From assembly GCA_030635145.1 (NCBI GenBank), contig DAOVZK010000058.1, positions 1 to 13,240 on the forward strand: a stretch of 13,240 nucleotides of DNA, read 5' to 3'. Each line of letters starts with the position of its first letter. The stretch's first letter is position 1. This document shows positions 5,532-13,141 of the stretch, one piece after another. The stretch is from Planctomycetota bacterium (lineage in GTDB: Bacteria; Planctomycetota; Phycisphaerae; SM23-33). The position numbers were made by a program, and so were the translations under genes. Under the pieces are notes generated by a model. The model did no database searches. It worked only from the letters and a program-made list of their open reading frames with translations, and was not told the origin of the DNA.

Positions 5532-7028
5532 CTATGCCTTGGGCTTGTCGGTTTTTTTCTCTTCTACGACTTTCGTCTCTTCCTGGAGTTTGCCGAGGAA
5601 TTCGGGGAGGTCCAGGCCGACCTGCTTGGCGAGTTCGTGCATCGGAGGCAGTATGCCCATGATGCGCTGGCCGAGCCCGCTCATGCCACCGCCCTCGCCG
5701 CCGCCATCCCAAACGAAAATCTTCTCGATCGGAAGATTCTGAATCGCCTGCGTCTGGAGGTTTGCGACATCGACGAGTTTCTCGATGACCAGCAGCGAGG
5801 CTGCGCCTTTGTCGCTACCGCATGCGGCAACGAGCTGTTTGTAACCCTCTGCCTTGCCGTCGAGAATCGCTTGCACGCCCTTACCTTCGGCGGACATCTT
5901 CGCGATGATCGCTTCGGCCTGGCCTTCGGCGATGCGGATGGCTTCTTGCTTTTGGGCCTCGGCCGCGATGATGACTTTTTCCTTCTGGGCGTTGGCTGGT
6001 ACGACGACCTCCGCATTCAACCTTGCCGCCTCGCGAAGTGCCTTTGCGTCTTCGGCCTTCTTTTCGGCGTTTTCTTCGGCGACACGAACGGCACCGTCGG
6101 CTTCTCTCGATGCGGACTGTGCACGCTGGCGGGCTTCCTGCTCGGCAACGTTCTGGTTGGCGTTGTAGGAGGCCTTGTTGGAGTTTGCTTCGGTTTCGGT
6201 GCTGACGGCTTCGGCGTCGAGTGTGGCGACTTTTTGTCGTCTGTCACGCCCGGCGGTTGCTTCACCGATATCGGCTGTGGCGTTTGCCGATGCCACGGCC
6301 ACGCGGGTGTCTCGCTGGCGTTGGGCGACACCGGTTTGCCCCGTTTTTTCCTGTTCGGCAACGTCGATATTCGCCTGGTTGATCGCCTCGGCGGCAGCCT
6401 TTCGGCCGAGGGCTACGATGTATCCCGACTCGTCTTCAATGTCGCGAATGTTAACGTTGATGACCTGCAGGCCGATTTTTTCCAGTTCGAGCGAGACGGC
6501 TTCGTTGACCTTGCCCATAAACGCCTGGCGGTCGCTGTTGATGTCCTCGATTTTCATGGTGGCGATAACGGCACGCATCTGCCCGAGAATAATATCCTGT
6601 GCCTGTGCCTGTATCTGGCCACGATTCAAACCCAGTAAGCGAACTGCAGCGTTCTGCATAATACCCGGGCGATTGGAAACCGCCGCCGTAACCGTCGTGG
6701 GAACAGTTACTCGAATGTTTTCCTGTGACAACGCGTTCGACAAATCAATCGGCACGACGAACGGTTCGAGGTCGAGGTATTCGTACGCCTGAAACAGCGG
6801 CCAAATAAACGCTGCCCCGCCGTGAATACACTTCGCTGCACCACTGCCGGTCTTGCCGTATACGACGAGAATTTTATTCGCCGGGCAACGACGATATCGC
6901 TGGGCAAACGTAATCATCAGCACCAGCACGATAACCGCAATTATCAAACCAAGGATCAGTCCCACAGGCAGCGGGGCATCGGTTGGCGTTTTAGCCAACG
7001 GCATAATTGCAAACAAATGACTCATCAT
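5532..7028 (-). CDS. SPFH/band-7 flotillin-family protein (YqiK/FloA-like), 498 aa
   Basis: An N-terminal TM helix (PLPVGLILGLIIAVIVLVLMITF) is followed by an SPFH domain (KILVVYGKTGSGAAKCIHGGAAFIWPLFQ...), then a long Ala/Glu/Gln-rich coiled-coil (AEQEARQRAQSA...AEAQKQEAIRIAEGQAEA), then a C-terminal flotillin-type tail. SD GGGAGAAAATT precedes ATGATG. Confidence 0.9.
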   Translation of the reverse strand: MMSHLFAIMPLAKTPTDAPLPVGLILGLIIAVIVLVLMITFAQRYRRCPANKILVVYGKTGSGAAKCIHGGAAFIWPLFQAYEYLDLEPFVVPIDLSNALSQENIRVTVPTTVTAAVSNRPGIMQNAAVRLLGLNRGQIQAQAQDIILGQMRAVIATMKIEDINSDRQAFMGKVNEAVSLELEKIGLQVINVNIRDIEDESGYIVALGRKAAAEAINQANIDVAEQEKTGQTGVAQRQRDTRVAVASANATADIGEATAGRDRRQKVATLDAEAVSTETEANSNKASYNANQNVAEQEARQRAQSASREADGAVRVAEENAEKKAEDAKALREAARLNAEVVVPANAQKEKVIIAAEAQKQEAIRIAEGQAEAIIAKMSAEGKGVQAILDGKAEGYKQLVAACGSDKGAASLLVIEKLVDVANLQTQAIQNLPIEKIFVWDGGGEGGGMSGLGQRIMGILPPMHELAKQVGLDLPEFLGKLQEETKVVEEKKTDKPKA

Positions 7029-7073
7029 AATTTTCTCCCTAACTTTGAATGTTAATTGTTAAAATTCGTTGCT

Positions 7074-7721
7074 TTAATTTTCTTCCGGTTTCACTTCGAT
7101 AGAGTTCGGGCCCATCATGCGGGTAACGGTAACTACCGTTCCAGCTGCCAGGGCCACACCTCCCGCGGATCGCGCCCGCAGCACCTGCACTACACCGTCG
7201 ACAGTTACGCGGGCCTCGCCGACGGAACCTTCGGGTATGTCGATGTAAACAGTGCCCTGCGTGCCAACACAGGACGCCACATTAAGATTGCCCGACTCTG
7301 TCATGCGTTTCATAACGTGGAAAAACGCTGCCACCACCAGCATGGCCCCGATACCCCACATCAGTGCAAAGAAAAGTGCCATCGACAACGGCACTCCGAT
7401 CTGCATGTACATGGCACCGGCCCAGGAAAACAGTGTGCAAAACGCCAGGATCGACCGAATACTCAACAACTTAAACGCGATGGTAGTATCGTGTGCCTCG
7501 GTGGCCGAGAGGTCGTGATCGGCGTCGTGGGCAAAATCGTGATCCATGTCATGACCAACATCATGAGAAAAATCGTGCCCGTCGGCGGAGTCCATATCGC
7601 TATCCCCAGCTAGCCCGATAAGCGCCGCGATCAGCTGCCACACCAAAAATACACTAAAAAACACCGCCGAGATGTAAAACCCCCTGATAATCGAATCCAA
7701 GCCATTCCACCATTCCATCAT
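7074..7721 (-). CDS. NfeD/YqiJ-like membrane protein of 215 aa, partner of the SPFH protein, with a His/Asp-rich insert
   Basis: The preferred start is MMEWWNGLDSIIRGFYISAVFFSVFLVWQLIAALIGLAG (TM helix), with SD AGGAG 7 nt upstream. It has an HD-rich segment, three more TM helices and a C-terminal OB-fold-like beta domain (GTQGTVYIDIPEGSVGEARVTVDGVVQVLRARSAGGVALAAGTVVTVTRMMGPNSIEVKP). It is 45 bp upstream of the flotillin gene on the same strand, the classic NfeD-SPFH operon arrangement. Confidence 0.8.
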   Translation of the reverse strand: MMEWWNGLDSIIRGFYISAVFFSVFLVWQLIAALIGLAGDSDMDSADGHDFSHDVGHDMDHDFAHDADHDLSATEAHDTTIAFKLLSIRSILAFCTLFSWAGAMYMQIGVPLSMALFFALMWGIGAMLVVAAFFHVMKRMTESGNLNVASCVGTQGTVYIDIPEGSVGEARVTVDGVVQVLRARSAGGVALAAGTVVTVTRMMGPNSIEVKPEEN

Positions 7722-7912
7722 AGCATTACTCCTTACGTATGAAGCCGCTTGCGTACAGAATCCCTGTGCTCCCGAATCGTGCGGTTCGGCTGACGGCATG
7801 ATACGTATACATACCGCAAACCGCAGGTAGAACGATACACAACTGCCCCCGAAAACGCAAGAATCAAAAACGAAATCCACTACACGTTTATGGATTGATC
7901 CATAAATTCAAA

Positions 7913-7949
7913 AAGGCCCGTAGCGTTTTTGCATCATACGCCACGGGCC
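7913..7949 (-). terminator. Intrinsic terminator of the PPIase gene, copy 2 of the conserved-loop hairpin
   Basis: AGGCCCG (7913..7919) pairs with CGGGCCT (7943..7949), with the same loop sequence as copy 1. On the minus strand it is followed by UUUUGAAUUUAU. It lies 27 nt downstream of the stop at 7976. Confidence 0.55.
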
Positions 7950-7975
7950 TTGATTAAACTGCTATGCAAGCTGTT

Positions 7976-9112
7976 CTATTTACTGTCTGATTTATTGATC
8001 ACGATCGGAAGCTCACTGAACCCGAGGTCAATGACCTTGTCGAACATTTGTGACATCAGAATTCCCTTCGCAAACTTTTCTGTTTTTGGTGACAGTTTCG
8101 CCGGGTCGATTTTTTCGGTTCCGTCGGTTCGCTTAATGAGCTTAATGATGTGGAATCCAAACTGTGTGCGGATTATTGGAGAAATTTCCCCGGGTTTTAA
8201 CGCAAACGCTGTAGCAGAAAATCCCGGTGCCATTTTTTCAGCTGTGAATTCTCCAAGATCTCCGCCTTCAGCTTTGCTGGGGCAGGAGGAGGATTTCTTA
8301 GCGGCATCTTCAAAGGTAATTTTTCCGGCTTTGATGTCGGCATTGATTTTCTTGAGTTCGTCGTAGGCCTTTTTTTGCTCCACTGTCGCGGTGGATGGGT
8401 CGCATCCGATCAGAATATGTGATGCCTGAACTTTTGTACCATTGAAATACTCGGGATGTGCCTTTACCAACGCCTGAACGTTTTTCTCTGACGTCATTTT
8501 GTCCTGAATAATGTCCATTTGAGCAATTGTTGTGAAAATTTCATCGGTCAGGCCCTGCTCAGCCATCATTTTTTCAAGTGTCGTACCACGTTTTTCTGCC
8601 TCGGCAGCGGCCTTTGCCTTAACTTCCTTCAATTTTTCTTCAGGTACAGTAATTTTTTGCTTCGCGACATACCCATCTACAAGCGCCTGGAATATTTTGT
8701 TATCGAGGACTTGCTTAGGCATAGCATCAATCTTCGGTTGAACATAGGCACAAGCCATTGCCTTTTTTTCCGGAGGCATCATTGCAAGCTGCTTTTGCAT
8801 CTGATCTCTATTCTTTGCGACTTCCTCGTTGATTTCCTTACCGGAGATAACTTCCTTACCGACGGTGGCTGCTACGTCGGGGAGCTTCGCTGGGAGCTTA
8901 AATTCAGGGGCCTTTTCCGCAGGTGCTTTGGCTTTCGTGGCATCGGCGGATTTTTCCGCAGGTGCTTTGGCGGGGGCGGCGGGCTTTGCGGCCGATTTGG
9001 CAGAATCACCACATTTGGTTTTGCCTGGACCACCGCATTTCGACTCGGCATGAGCGGCGGCTGCAAAAATGCAAATGCACAAAACGGCAACAATAATCGA
9101 TTTCAATTTCAC
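7976..9112 (-). CDS. Secreted parvulin-type peptidyl-prolyl cis-trans isomerase (PrsA/SurA-like), about 378 aa
   Basis: The parvulin domain shows QASHILI, EGGDLGEF and RTQFGFHIIKL. The preferred start is GTG at complement 9110..9112, giving MKLKSIIVAVLCICIFAAAAHA|ES, with a perfect SD AGGAG 7 nt upstream. The alternative ATG at 9139 has no SD. A signal peptide is followed by an Ala/Lys/Pro-rich linker. Confidence 0.85.
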   Translation of the reverse strand: MKLKSIIVAVLCICIFAAAAHAESKCGGPGKTKCGDSAKSAAKPAAPAKAPAEKSADATKAKAPAEKAPEFKLPAKLPDVAATVGKEVISGKEINEEVAKNRDQMQKQLAMMPPEKKAMACAYVQPKIDAMPKQVLDNKIFQALVDGYVAKQKITVPEEKLKEVKAKAAAEAEKRGTTLEKMMAEQGLTDEIFTTIAQMDIIQDKMTSEKNVQALVKAHPEYFNGTKVQASHILIGCDPSTATVEQKKAYDELKKINADIKAGKITFEDAAKKSSSCPSKAEGGDLGEFTAEKMAPGFSATAFALKPGEISPIIRTQFGFHIIKLIKRTDGTEKIDPAKLSPKTEKFAKGILMSQMFDKVIDLGFSELPIVINKSDSK

Positions 9113-9236
9113 AAGGATTCTCCTGTAGGTAGGTACCATGTTCAAACCCGGCGGTTACACCACCGCAACAGGGCTTTGTTTTACTCTTTTCTTCGAAAGT
9201 TAGCTAGACATTTTAAACGCTGTTTTGCCATAAAAG

Positions 9237-9254
9237 TTACGGATTTCACCGTAA
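9237..9254. promoter_or_regulatory. Palindrome TTACGG-ATTTCA-CCGTAA followed by direct CGTAAAT repeats in the divergent PPIase/pgk promoter region
   Basis: The 6-bp arms are perfect, and CGTAAAT occurs twice at 9250..9256 and 9262..9268. Confidence 0.25.
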
Positions 9255-9428
9255 ATGTTTCGTAAATCTTTTGGCCCACACCGCGAAACCTTGCCCCAAA
9301 CCCGAGATGCTCTTGCAAAACACCTCAAATTCGGGGAAAATACTCGGCCCTGAACTGCAGAACACCGCTGCGGTGAGGGAGCTATCGAATAATCGGATGT
9401 AACCCACGAAAAAACCAAGGAAAAGTAA

Positions 9429-10637
9429 ATGGCGACCAAGACAATTGCGGATATTGATATAACCAACAAAACCGTCCTCATGCGAGTGGATTTCAATGTC
9501 CCGCTGAAAGACGGTGCGATTACCAACGACATGCGAATCGTGATGGCCCTGCCGTCAATCAAGAAGGTACTCGAAAGCGGCGGAAAACTCGTGCTGATGT
9601 CGCATCTCGGACGGCCGAAAGGGCAAGTGAAGAAGGAATTCTCCCTCGCTCCCGTCGCCAAGCGTCTTGGCGAGCTGCTGGGCAAAGACGTTCAGCTAGG
9701 CCCGGACTGCGTTGTCGGGCCTGACGTCGAAGCCATCGTCACCGAAATGAAAGCTGGCGACGTGCTGCTGCTGGAAAACGTACGGTTTGATCCCCGCGAA
9801 ACCAGCAAAGACGAAGCCGAAATGCAAACCCTCGGCGACGAGTTCGCCAAACTCGGTGAAGTTTACGTCAACGACGCGTTTGGCACCTGCCACCGCAAGC
9901 AGGCCAGCATGTACGGTGCCCCCAAGGGCATCCAGGCCAAGGGCGGCCGCGCCGTCTGCGGATATCTCGTCGAAAAGGAAATCAAGTACCTGCACCAGGC
10001 CGTCGCGGAACCCAAGCGTCCGTTCGTGGCAATCCTCGGCGGGGCCAAGGTCAGCGACAAAATCAAACTCATCGGCTCGCTGCTGGACAAGGTCGACAAG
10101 ATCATCATCGGCGGTGCGATGGCGTACACGCTGCTGAAGTCTCAGGGCATTGCTGTCGGTAAAAGTCTCGTCGAAGAAGATCAGGTCGAACCGATGAAGC
10201 AGCTGCTCGCCGCGGCCGGTGACAAAATCGCCTTACCCTGCGACCACACTTGCACCGACGACTTCGCAGCTGGTGCGCCGGTTGTTATCGACACCCCGGA
10301 CATTCCCGAAAATCTCATGGGCATGGACATTGGCCCGAAAAGCATCGCGGAATTCGACGCGATTGTCTCAGCCGCCGGTACTGTCGTCTGGAACGGTCCG
10401 ATGGGCGTATTCGAAAATCCAAACTACGCAGCCGGTACCAAAGCCGTCGCCGAAGCCCTCGCCAAAGCCACCGACAACGGGGCCATCAGCGTCATCGGCG
10501 GTGGCGACTCGGCAACAGCTGTCGAACAAATGAAACTCGCCGACCGCATGACACATGTTTCAACCGGCGGCGGTGCGTCGCTGACTTACCTCGAAGGTAA
10601 GCCCATGCCGCCAATCGAAGTTCTGGACCAGAAATAA
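9429..10637 (+). CDS. pgk: Phosphoglycerate kinase, 402 aa
   Basis: It matches PGK along its full length (VLMRVDFNVPL..., MSHLGRPKG, GGGASL..., ELPGV-equivalent). SD AAGGAAAAG lies upstream. Confidence 0.97.
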   Translation: MATKTIADIDITNKTVLMRVDFNVPLKDGAITNDMRIVMALPSIKKVLESGGKLVLMSHLGRPKGQVKKEFSLAPVAKRLGELLGKDVQLGPDCVVGPDVEAIVTEMKAGDVLLLENVRFDPRETSKDEAEMQTLGDEFAKLGEVYVNDAFGTCHRKQASMYGAPKGIQAKGGRAVCGYLVEKEIKYLHQAVAEPKRPFVAILGGAKVSDKIKLIGSLLDKVDKIIIGGAMAYTLLKSQGIAVGKSLVEEDQVEPMKQLLAAAGDKIALPCDHTCTDDFAAGAPVVIDTPDIPENLMGMDIGPKSIAEFDAIVSAAGTVVWNGPMGVFENPNYAAGTKAVAEALAKATDNGAISVIGGGDSATAVEQMKLADRMTHVSTGGGASLTYLEGKPMPPIEVLDQK

Positions 10638-10671
10638 GGACAATTTTTAGATAACATTTTGGGAACAAACT

Positions 10672-10717
10672 TTGTCGACTCTGCTTCGATACAGAGTCAA
10701 CAAATACAAACTTTTAG
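10672..10717 (+). terminator. Possible pgk terminator or attenuator hairpin
   Basis: TTTGTCGACTCTG (10671..10683) pairs with CAGAGTCAACAAA (10692..10704) as a 13-bp stem with one mismatch and an 8-nt loop CTTCGATA, followed by ACAAACTTTTAG. Confidence 0.35.
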
Positions 10718-10728
10718 ACTATTAAAAT

Positions 10729-11436
10729 ATGACTCTACCAGGAAAAAATCCGTTTCCGCTGCCCAGCGAGAGCATCGTTGCCCCGTCGTTGCTGAGTGTG
10801 GATTTTGCCCGGGCCGGTGAACAGATCACTGAAGTGCTCGCCGCCGGTGCTCAGATTTTGCACGTGGACATCATGGACGGGCACTTCGTCCCGAATTTGT
10901 CGATGGGCCCGCCCGTCGTCGACAAGCTGCGAAAATTCACCTCCGCCCCGCTCGACGTTCACCTGATGGTGACTGACCCGGGGTTCTTCATCGAGCCTTT
11001 TGCCAAGGCCGGTGCCGATTCGCTGAATTTTCACATCGAGGCCTGCGGTAACGGCGACCTCGGTCAGATAGACGAGGCAAAACAACTGATACAGAAGATT
11101 CGCGACTTGGATCTTGGTGTCGGGATCACGCTGAAACCAAAAACCCCAGCCACCAGCATCGACGAAGTTATCGATCTGGTCGACTTCGTTTTGGTGATGA
11201 CGGTGGAACCCGGATTCGGCGGACAGTCGTTTATGGGCGATATGATTCCGAAAATGCAGGAGTTACGCGGCAAAATGCGTAGCGACCAGAGGTTAGAGGT
11301 CGACGGTGGAATAAACGCCGAAACCGCAAAAATTTGCCGCAACGCCGGGGCGGATATCTTCGTCGCCGGTAACAGCATCTTCGCCGCACCAGACCCCGCG
11401 GCGGTGACAAAGGAAATCCTTGCAGCTGTCAACTAA
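10729..11436 (+). CDS. rpe: Ribulose-phosphate 3-epimerase, 235 aa
   Basis: It carries APSLLSVDFARAGEQ, HVDIMDGHFVPNLSMGP, DVHLMV, VMTVEPGFGGQSF and EVDGGIN. The start at 10729 has only a weak ribosome-binding site. Confidence 0.95.
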   Translation: MTLPGKNPFPLPSESIVAPSLLSVDFARAGEQITEVLAAGAQILHVDIMDGHFVPNLSMGPPVVDKLRKFTSAPLDVHLMVTDPGFFIEPFAKAGADSLNFHIEACGNGDLGQIDEAKQLIQKIRDLDLGVGITLKPKTPATSIDEVIDLVDFVLVMTVEPGFGGQSFMGDMIPKMQELRGKMRSDQRLEVDGGINAETAKICRNAGADIFVAGNSIFAAPDPAAVTKEILAAVN

Positions 11437-11474
11437 GTGAGGTAAGAATAAACCAGATCAACTGGAAAAATCGC

Positions 11475-12083
11475 ATGAGGTTATTGTACATAGTTCGAAC
11501 CGGGCAAACCCTGTGGGATCGGGAAGGCAGAACCGACTCATTGGCCGGTGTGCCGTTAACCGACGACGGATGTGAAACGATCCGCCGCGTGGGGTTGGAG
11601 CTGGCACCGCATGAACCGACGGTTGTGTTTTCCTCGAGCGGCGAGGCGGAGCAGCAGACGGCAAAAATTCTGGGAAAAACGCTCAGCCTCAAGGTCAGGA
11701 GCAACGAGAATCTCAGCGAATTCGATTTTGGATTATGGCAGGGCCTGACGGTCGATGAAATCAAACGCCGCCAGCCACGCCTGTACAAACAGTGGGTCGA
11801 AAAACCATCCGGCATACGCCCCCCCGACGGAGAAATTCTCGCCGAAGCACAAGAGCGTATCTGGAAGGCGATTTGCGACGTACTCAAGAAAAATAAAAAA
11901 AGCACCCCTGTAATCGTGCTGAAACCAGTGGTTTTATCGCTGCTGCGATGCCGATTAGAGGACACACCATTGGACGATGTTTGGGATTGCACCCCGGCAA
12001 GGTTCACTTGGGAGAGCTACGAAATTAACGAGAGCGACCAAAGCCCATCGCGGGCGAAGGTTCAAGGAGCTAGTGATGGCTAA
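11475..12083 (+). CDS. Histidine-phosphatase superfamily (dPGM/CobC/PhoE-like fold) protein of 202 aa with all canonical catalytic residues substituted
   Basis: The N-terminus MRLLYIVRTGQTLWDREGRTDSLAGVPLTDDG aligns to LxLVRHGET.N..G...G..D.PLT..G, with T replacing the nucleophile His. SSSGEAEQQTA replaces S.L.RA.QTA, E for R. LSEFDFGLWQGLTVDEI and PPDGE are conserved. The C-terminal VIVLKPVV replaces VxVSHGGV, K for the second His. Its stop overlaps the accD start by 8 nt (ATGGCTAA). Confidence 0.8.
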   Translation: MRLLYIVRTGQTLWDREGRTDSLAGVPLTDDGCETIRRVGLELAPHEPTVVFSSSGEAEQQTAKILGKTLSLKVRSNENLSEFDFGLWQGLTVDEIKRRQPRLYKQWVEKPSGIRPPDGEILAEAQERIWKAICDVLKKNKKSTPVIVLKPVVLSLLRCRLEDTPLDDVWDCTPARFTWESYEINESDQSPSRAKVQGASDG

Positions 12084-12942
12084 CGATGTTCAGGATACGA
12101 CACCTTACAACGCAGAATCTTTGGGCGACCGCCCGCAGCGTACAAAACGCGAAGTTCCCGATGGTTTGTGGATGCGATGCCCGAAGTGCGAGGCGATGCT
12201 GTATCGCAAGGCCGTCGCGGAAAATCTCGACGTCTGCCCCGAATGCGAACATCACTTCCGCATGAAAGGCTGGGATCGCGTCAATCAGCTAACCGACCCG
12301 GGCAGCTTCGAAGAGCACTTCGACAACCTCGCCACGGTCGACCCGCTTGATTTTAAGTGGGCCGGGAAGGTCTACGCCGAACGAATCGCAATCGAGCAGA
12401 AAAAAACCGGCATCAACGACTCGATTTTGACCGGCGTTGCCTACATCAAAGGCCGACGCGTCGCACTCGGGGTCATGGTTGGTGAATTCATCATGGGCTC
12501 GATGGGAACCGTACTTGGCGAGAAACTCGCGAGATTAATCGAGCTGGCCACCGAACAATCGCTTCCGCTGATCGTGGTTTGCATTTCCGGTGGAGCCCGA
12601 ATGCACGAAGGCGCACTAAGCCTCATGCAAATGGCAAAAACCTCCGCTGCACTTGCCCGATACGACGACGCGGGCGGACTTTACATCGCGATTCTCACCG
12701 ACCCCACGACCGGTGGTACGACCGCCAGCTTCGCCATGCTCGGTGACATCACCATCGCCGAACCCGATGCCGAAATTTGCTTCGCCGGGGCCCGCGTAAT
12801 CGCCAACACCATCAAGGCTGACTTACCCGAAGGATTCCAGCGGTCGGAGTTTCTCATGGAAAAAGGCTTCATCGATATGATAGTCCACCGCAAAGAGCTT
12901 CGCAGCGAAATCGCACGGCTGATAGATTATTGCAAGGCATGA
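12076..12942 (+). CDS. accD: Acetyl-CoA carboxylase carboxyltransferase subunit beta, 288 aa
   Basis: It has the N-terminal zinc ribbon CPKCEAMLYRK...CPECEHH and the carboxyltransferase domain (GxxxxGSMG, VVCISGGARMHEG). SD AGGAG lies 6 nt before the ATG at 12076. The six-frame ORF extension back to 11977 is not supported. Confidence 0.95.
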   Translation: MANDVQDTTPYNAESLGDRPQRTKREVPDGLWMRCPKCEAMLYRKAVAENLDVCPECEHHFRMKGWDRVNQLTDPGSFEEHFDNLATVDPLDFKWAGKVYAERIAIEQKKTGINDSILTGVAYIKGRRVALGVMVGEFIMGSMGTVLGEKLARLIELATEQSLPLIVVCISGGARMHEGALSLMQMAKTSAALARYDDAGGLYIAILTDPTTGGTTASFAMLGDITIAEPDAEICFAGARVIANTIKADLPEGFQRSEFLMEKGFIDMIVHRKELRSEIARLIDYCKA

Positions 12943-12965
12943 GAAACAATTTCCCATTTTCAATT

Positions 12966-13052
12966 TTCGATTTCCAATTTTTGGATGGTTATAAAAAATT
13001 GACGACGCGGCTTGCATTCCAATTGAAAATTCCAAATTGAAATTTGGAAATT
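12966..13052. repeat. AT-rich array of TTCCAA/TTGGAA palindromes and tandem 13-14-bp repeats downstream of accD
   Basis: Palindromes are TCCAA-TTT-TTGGA (12973..12985) and TTCCAAATT-GA-AATTTGGAA (13030..13049). A tandem ATTCCAATTGAAA / ATTCCAAATTGAAA sits at 13016..13042. The 10-mer TTCCAAATTG recurs at 13180..13189 inside the transposase ORF, and TCCAA-A-TTGGA at 13181..13191. Confidence 0.4.
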
Positions 13053-13141
13053 CCCAGCTAGTACTCTGTAACATAAATAAAGTGTAGCGAGCCTTTTTTC
13101 CGATAAGGTTGATAGAACCTTTAACCGGCATGGAGGCCAAA

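Noticed and set aside
5490-6638. 382-aa plus-strand ORF
   Set aside because: It is antisense to the confidently assigned flotillin gene. The translation is low-complexity (G/L/F/V runs) and mirrors the Ala/Glu-rich coiled-coil on the other strand. It is a shadow ORF.
7056-7613. 185-aa plus-strand ORF, His/Arg/Gln-rich
   Set aside because: It is antisense to the NfeD-like gene. Its odd composition is the mirror image of the HD-repeat coding region.
5461-7949. Two plus-strand ORFs both starting MHHTPRA (5461..5742 and 7929..8366)
   Set aside because: The shared N-terminus is just the translated conserved loop of the duplicated terminator hairpin, not a gene family.
8519-9265. 248-aa plus-strand ORF
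   Set aside because: It is antisense to the parvulin PPIase gene. The translation is low-complexity (F/R/G/L) with no motifs. It is a shadow ORF.
11977-12075. Longer accD start (MFGIAPRQGSLG...) from the six-frame track
   Set aside because: AccD homologues begin near the zinc ribbon. The ATG at 12076 has AGGAG at ideal spacing, and the extension lies inside the upstream gene.
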